From positions 27,342,001-27,406,000 of the forward strand of contig CM060731.1 of NCBI GenBank assembly GCA_030704615.1: a stretch of 64,000 nt of DNA, read 5' to 3'. A model generated the notes under the pieces. It made no database searches. It saw nothing but the letters and a program-made list of their open reading frames with translations, and was not told the origin of the DNA. This document shows, piece by piece, positions 62,382-64,000 of this stretch. The DNA comes from Takakia lepidozioides (taxonomy: Eukaryota; Plantae; Bryophyta). The first letter of the stretch is position 1; each line of letters begins with the position of its first letter. Made by a program: the position numbers and the translations under genes.

Positions 62382-64000
62382 AGTGACGACGGAAAAGTAC
62401 ACAGAAAACACGAAGCCTAGAAAAAATTACGGATAGATAATCGACCACGCACATTAGAAGAGGCAAGTGAGCCACAAACGTCCGAAAGAGAGACGAGCAA
62501 AGAGAGTGGAAGGAAGGAGAGGAGGAATGAGGAAGATATAGGTGGAGTGGTAGGAGATAGAGGGGCGGGAAGCTGGCTCTTATCTGTATGTAACCATACC
62601 CTTGAAGCAGAACAACACCAAGATTCGGAAAAGTAGTTGTCCGCATGCATTCACTTCAAGACTTGCAGCAGACTTGCAGTGAGGAGAGCGATTTCTTTCC
62701 TGTCTGAATCTCGAGAACGATGCAGTACTTGAAGAATAAGGGACAAGGGACATAACACCCTCAAATGCAACACCCGAGGAGCAGTTACATCAACCTTGAA
62801 GAGATGAAGGGGGATGAACACATCCAGGAAGAAGAGGAGAAGAGATGAATCAGAAGGAGGACGTTCGTTTAAAGTAGTTTTAAACGCATAGAGATGTTAG
62901 CAGCAATAGACGTAATCCATCGCTCACCGCTCGAGCCAAATCGTAGAACATAGAGGGATAGATGAGGGGATCAGGGATGCATCCGTTGAGCGGTGAGCGA
63001 CGACTTGCCAGCGGCCAAGTCCTTTCTTCACTCACCGCACTTCACGGAGCTTTCGCGACGCCCTACATCCCCAACACACCCTACGCCCTACATTCCTTTT
63101 AGTTCCCACTCCGGTCTATTTAGCACGTATTCACTTCGGATCCTTTATAAATTCGCTGTCGACTCATATGGTGCCGTAATGGAATATAACGAACTCCATT
63201 CTGGATGTAATTTTTGGCAGCAAAATCATACACATCTACCGTACCTGCCTTACGCTGTCCGACATTAATTAAATAAAAAAAAGGCTATCGAAAAACAATA
63301 ACTTTTGTCCTTCCTGTGCCGGATTTCCAAGATATTCAAACCCTGGACCAGCTCCTACAAACCCAAGCCCACTACCACTATGCTACCCATCCACATGTGC
63401 ATAATGACTACTTTTTATTGTATATATATTGAAACTGCCGGAAATAGAGAAATTTTGAAAAAGACTGCCAGACCTCTTTTTCAAGAAAAAATAACTATTC
63501 CGGCATACGCTTGACGAACTACATAGGCAAGTACGATATTGTCATAACTCGTTGCAATGGAATATAATAACCTTCATTTTTGTGCCCAAGCCTTTTCACC
63601 AAGCACACCAAGAACTTACTACCAATGAAATGATAACTAATTAGATACGGAGCCAGTCCCTACCACAACCTGCTCCAACCAACCTCTAGCCACTACGCAG
63701 ATAGCGAACGCTTTTGCTTTCATTGCCTCCATGGTAGCGGTCCCTGCGCCTAACTAATTAGATAGGTGACCCAAAAAACATGAAGGTTGGCGGATAGGAA
63801 AAGCCAAAGCTGGGTAGTTCTGCGGAGACCCATAGCTTGAGAAATGAGGGAGCCAAATGAGGCCTCATTGTCAATGATGAATCCAGACATGTGAGAGAAG
63901 CTTTCCTCTTCCCAGTGACCCTACCATTTCTTTGCAGGGACAACCAGAGTTTTTCGACCACGCAAACTGTGATGAATGCAAGACAAATGAAATAATCGCC

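Noticed and set aside
63758-63961. ORF at the window end
   Set aside because: Too short and without recognisable features.

Overview
Eukaryotic DNA, most likely from a non-seed land plant (inferred from gene and TE content). Two ordinary spliced host genes on the minus strand (a Syntaxin-6-N domain protein and a STAR/Quaking-type KH RNA-binding protein) sit between deep nests of transposable elements. Three unrelated TE classes each carry a chromatin-writing enzyme. (1) A large Mutator-like element, present as two partial copies (1-6571 and 43526-58647), has a MULE/SWIM transposase divergently paired with a multi-exon gene fusing a ParB/Srx-like domain to a prokaryotic-type beta-class N6A/N4C DNA methyltransferase fold. 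One intron of that gene holds a regular array of 22-bp palindromes. (2) A Ty3/Gypsy retrotransposon (7086-15453) carries a DNMT3-like C5 methyltransferase and a PHD finger. It has a Tf1-like self-priming site instead of a tRNA PBS and a permuted A-internal-B-A-B terminal repeat layout with a 4-bp TSD. (3) A CACTA/Tnp2-type element carries a SET domain. Also present: an L1 LINE split into pieces, a TTAA piggyBac-like element, a non-autonomous CACTA, two MITEs and several local duplications. Most TE ORFs are decayed by stops and frameshifts. All domain calls were made by eye from motifs; no searches were run.
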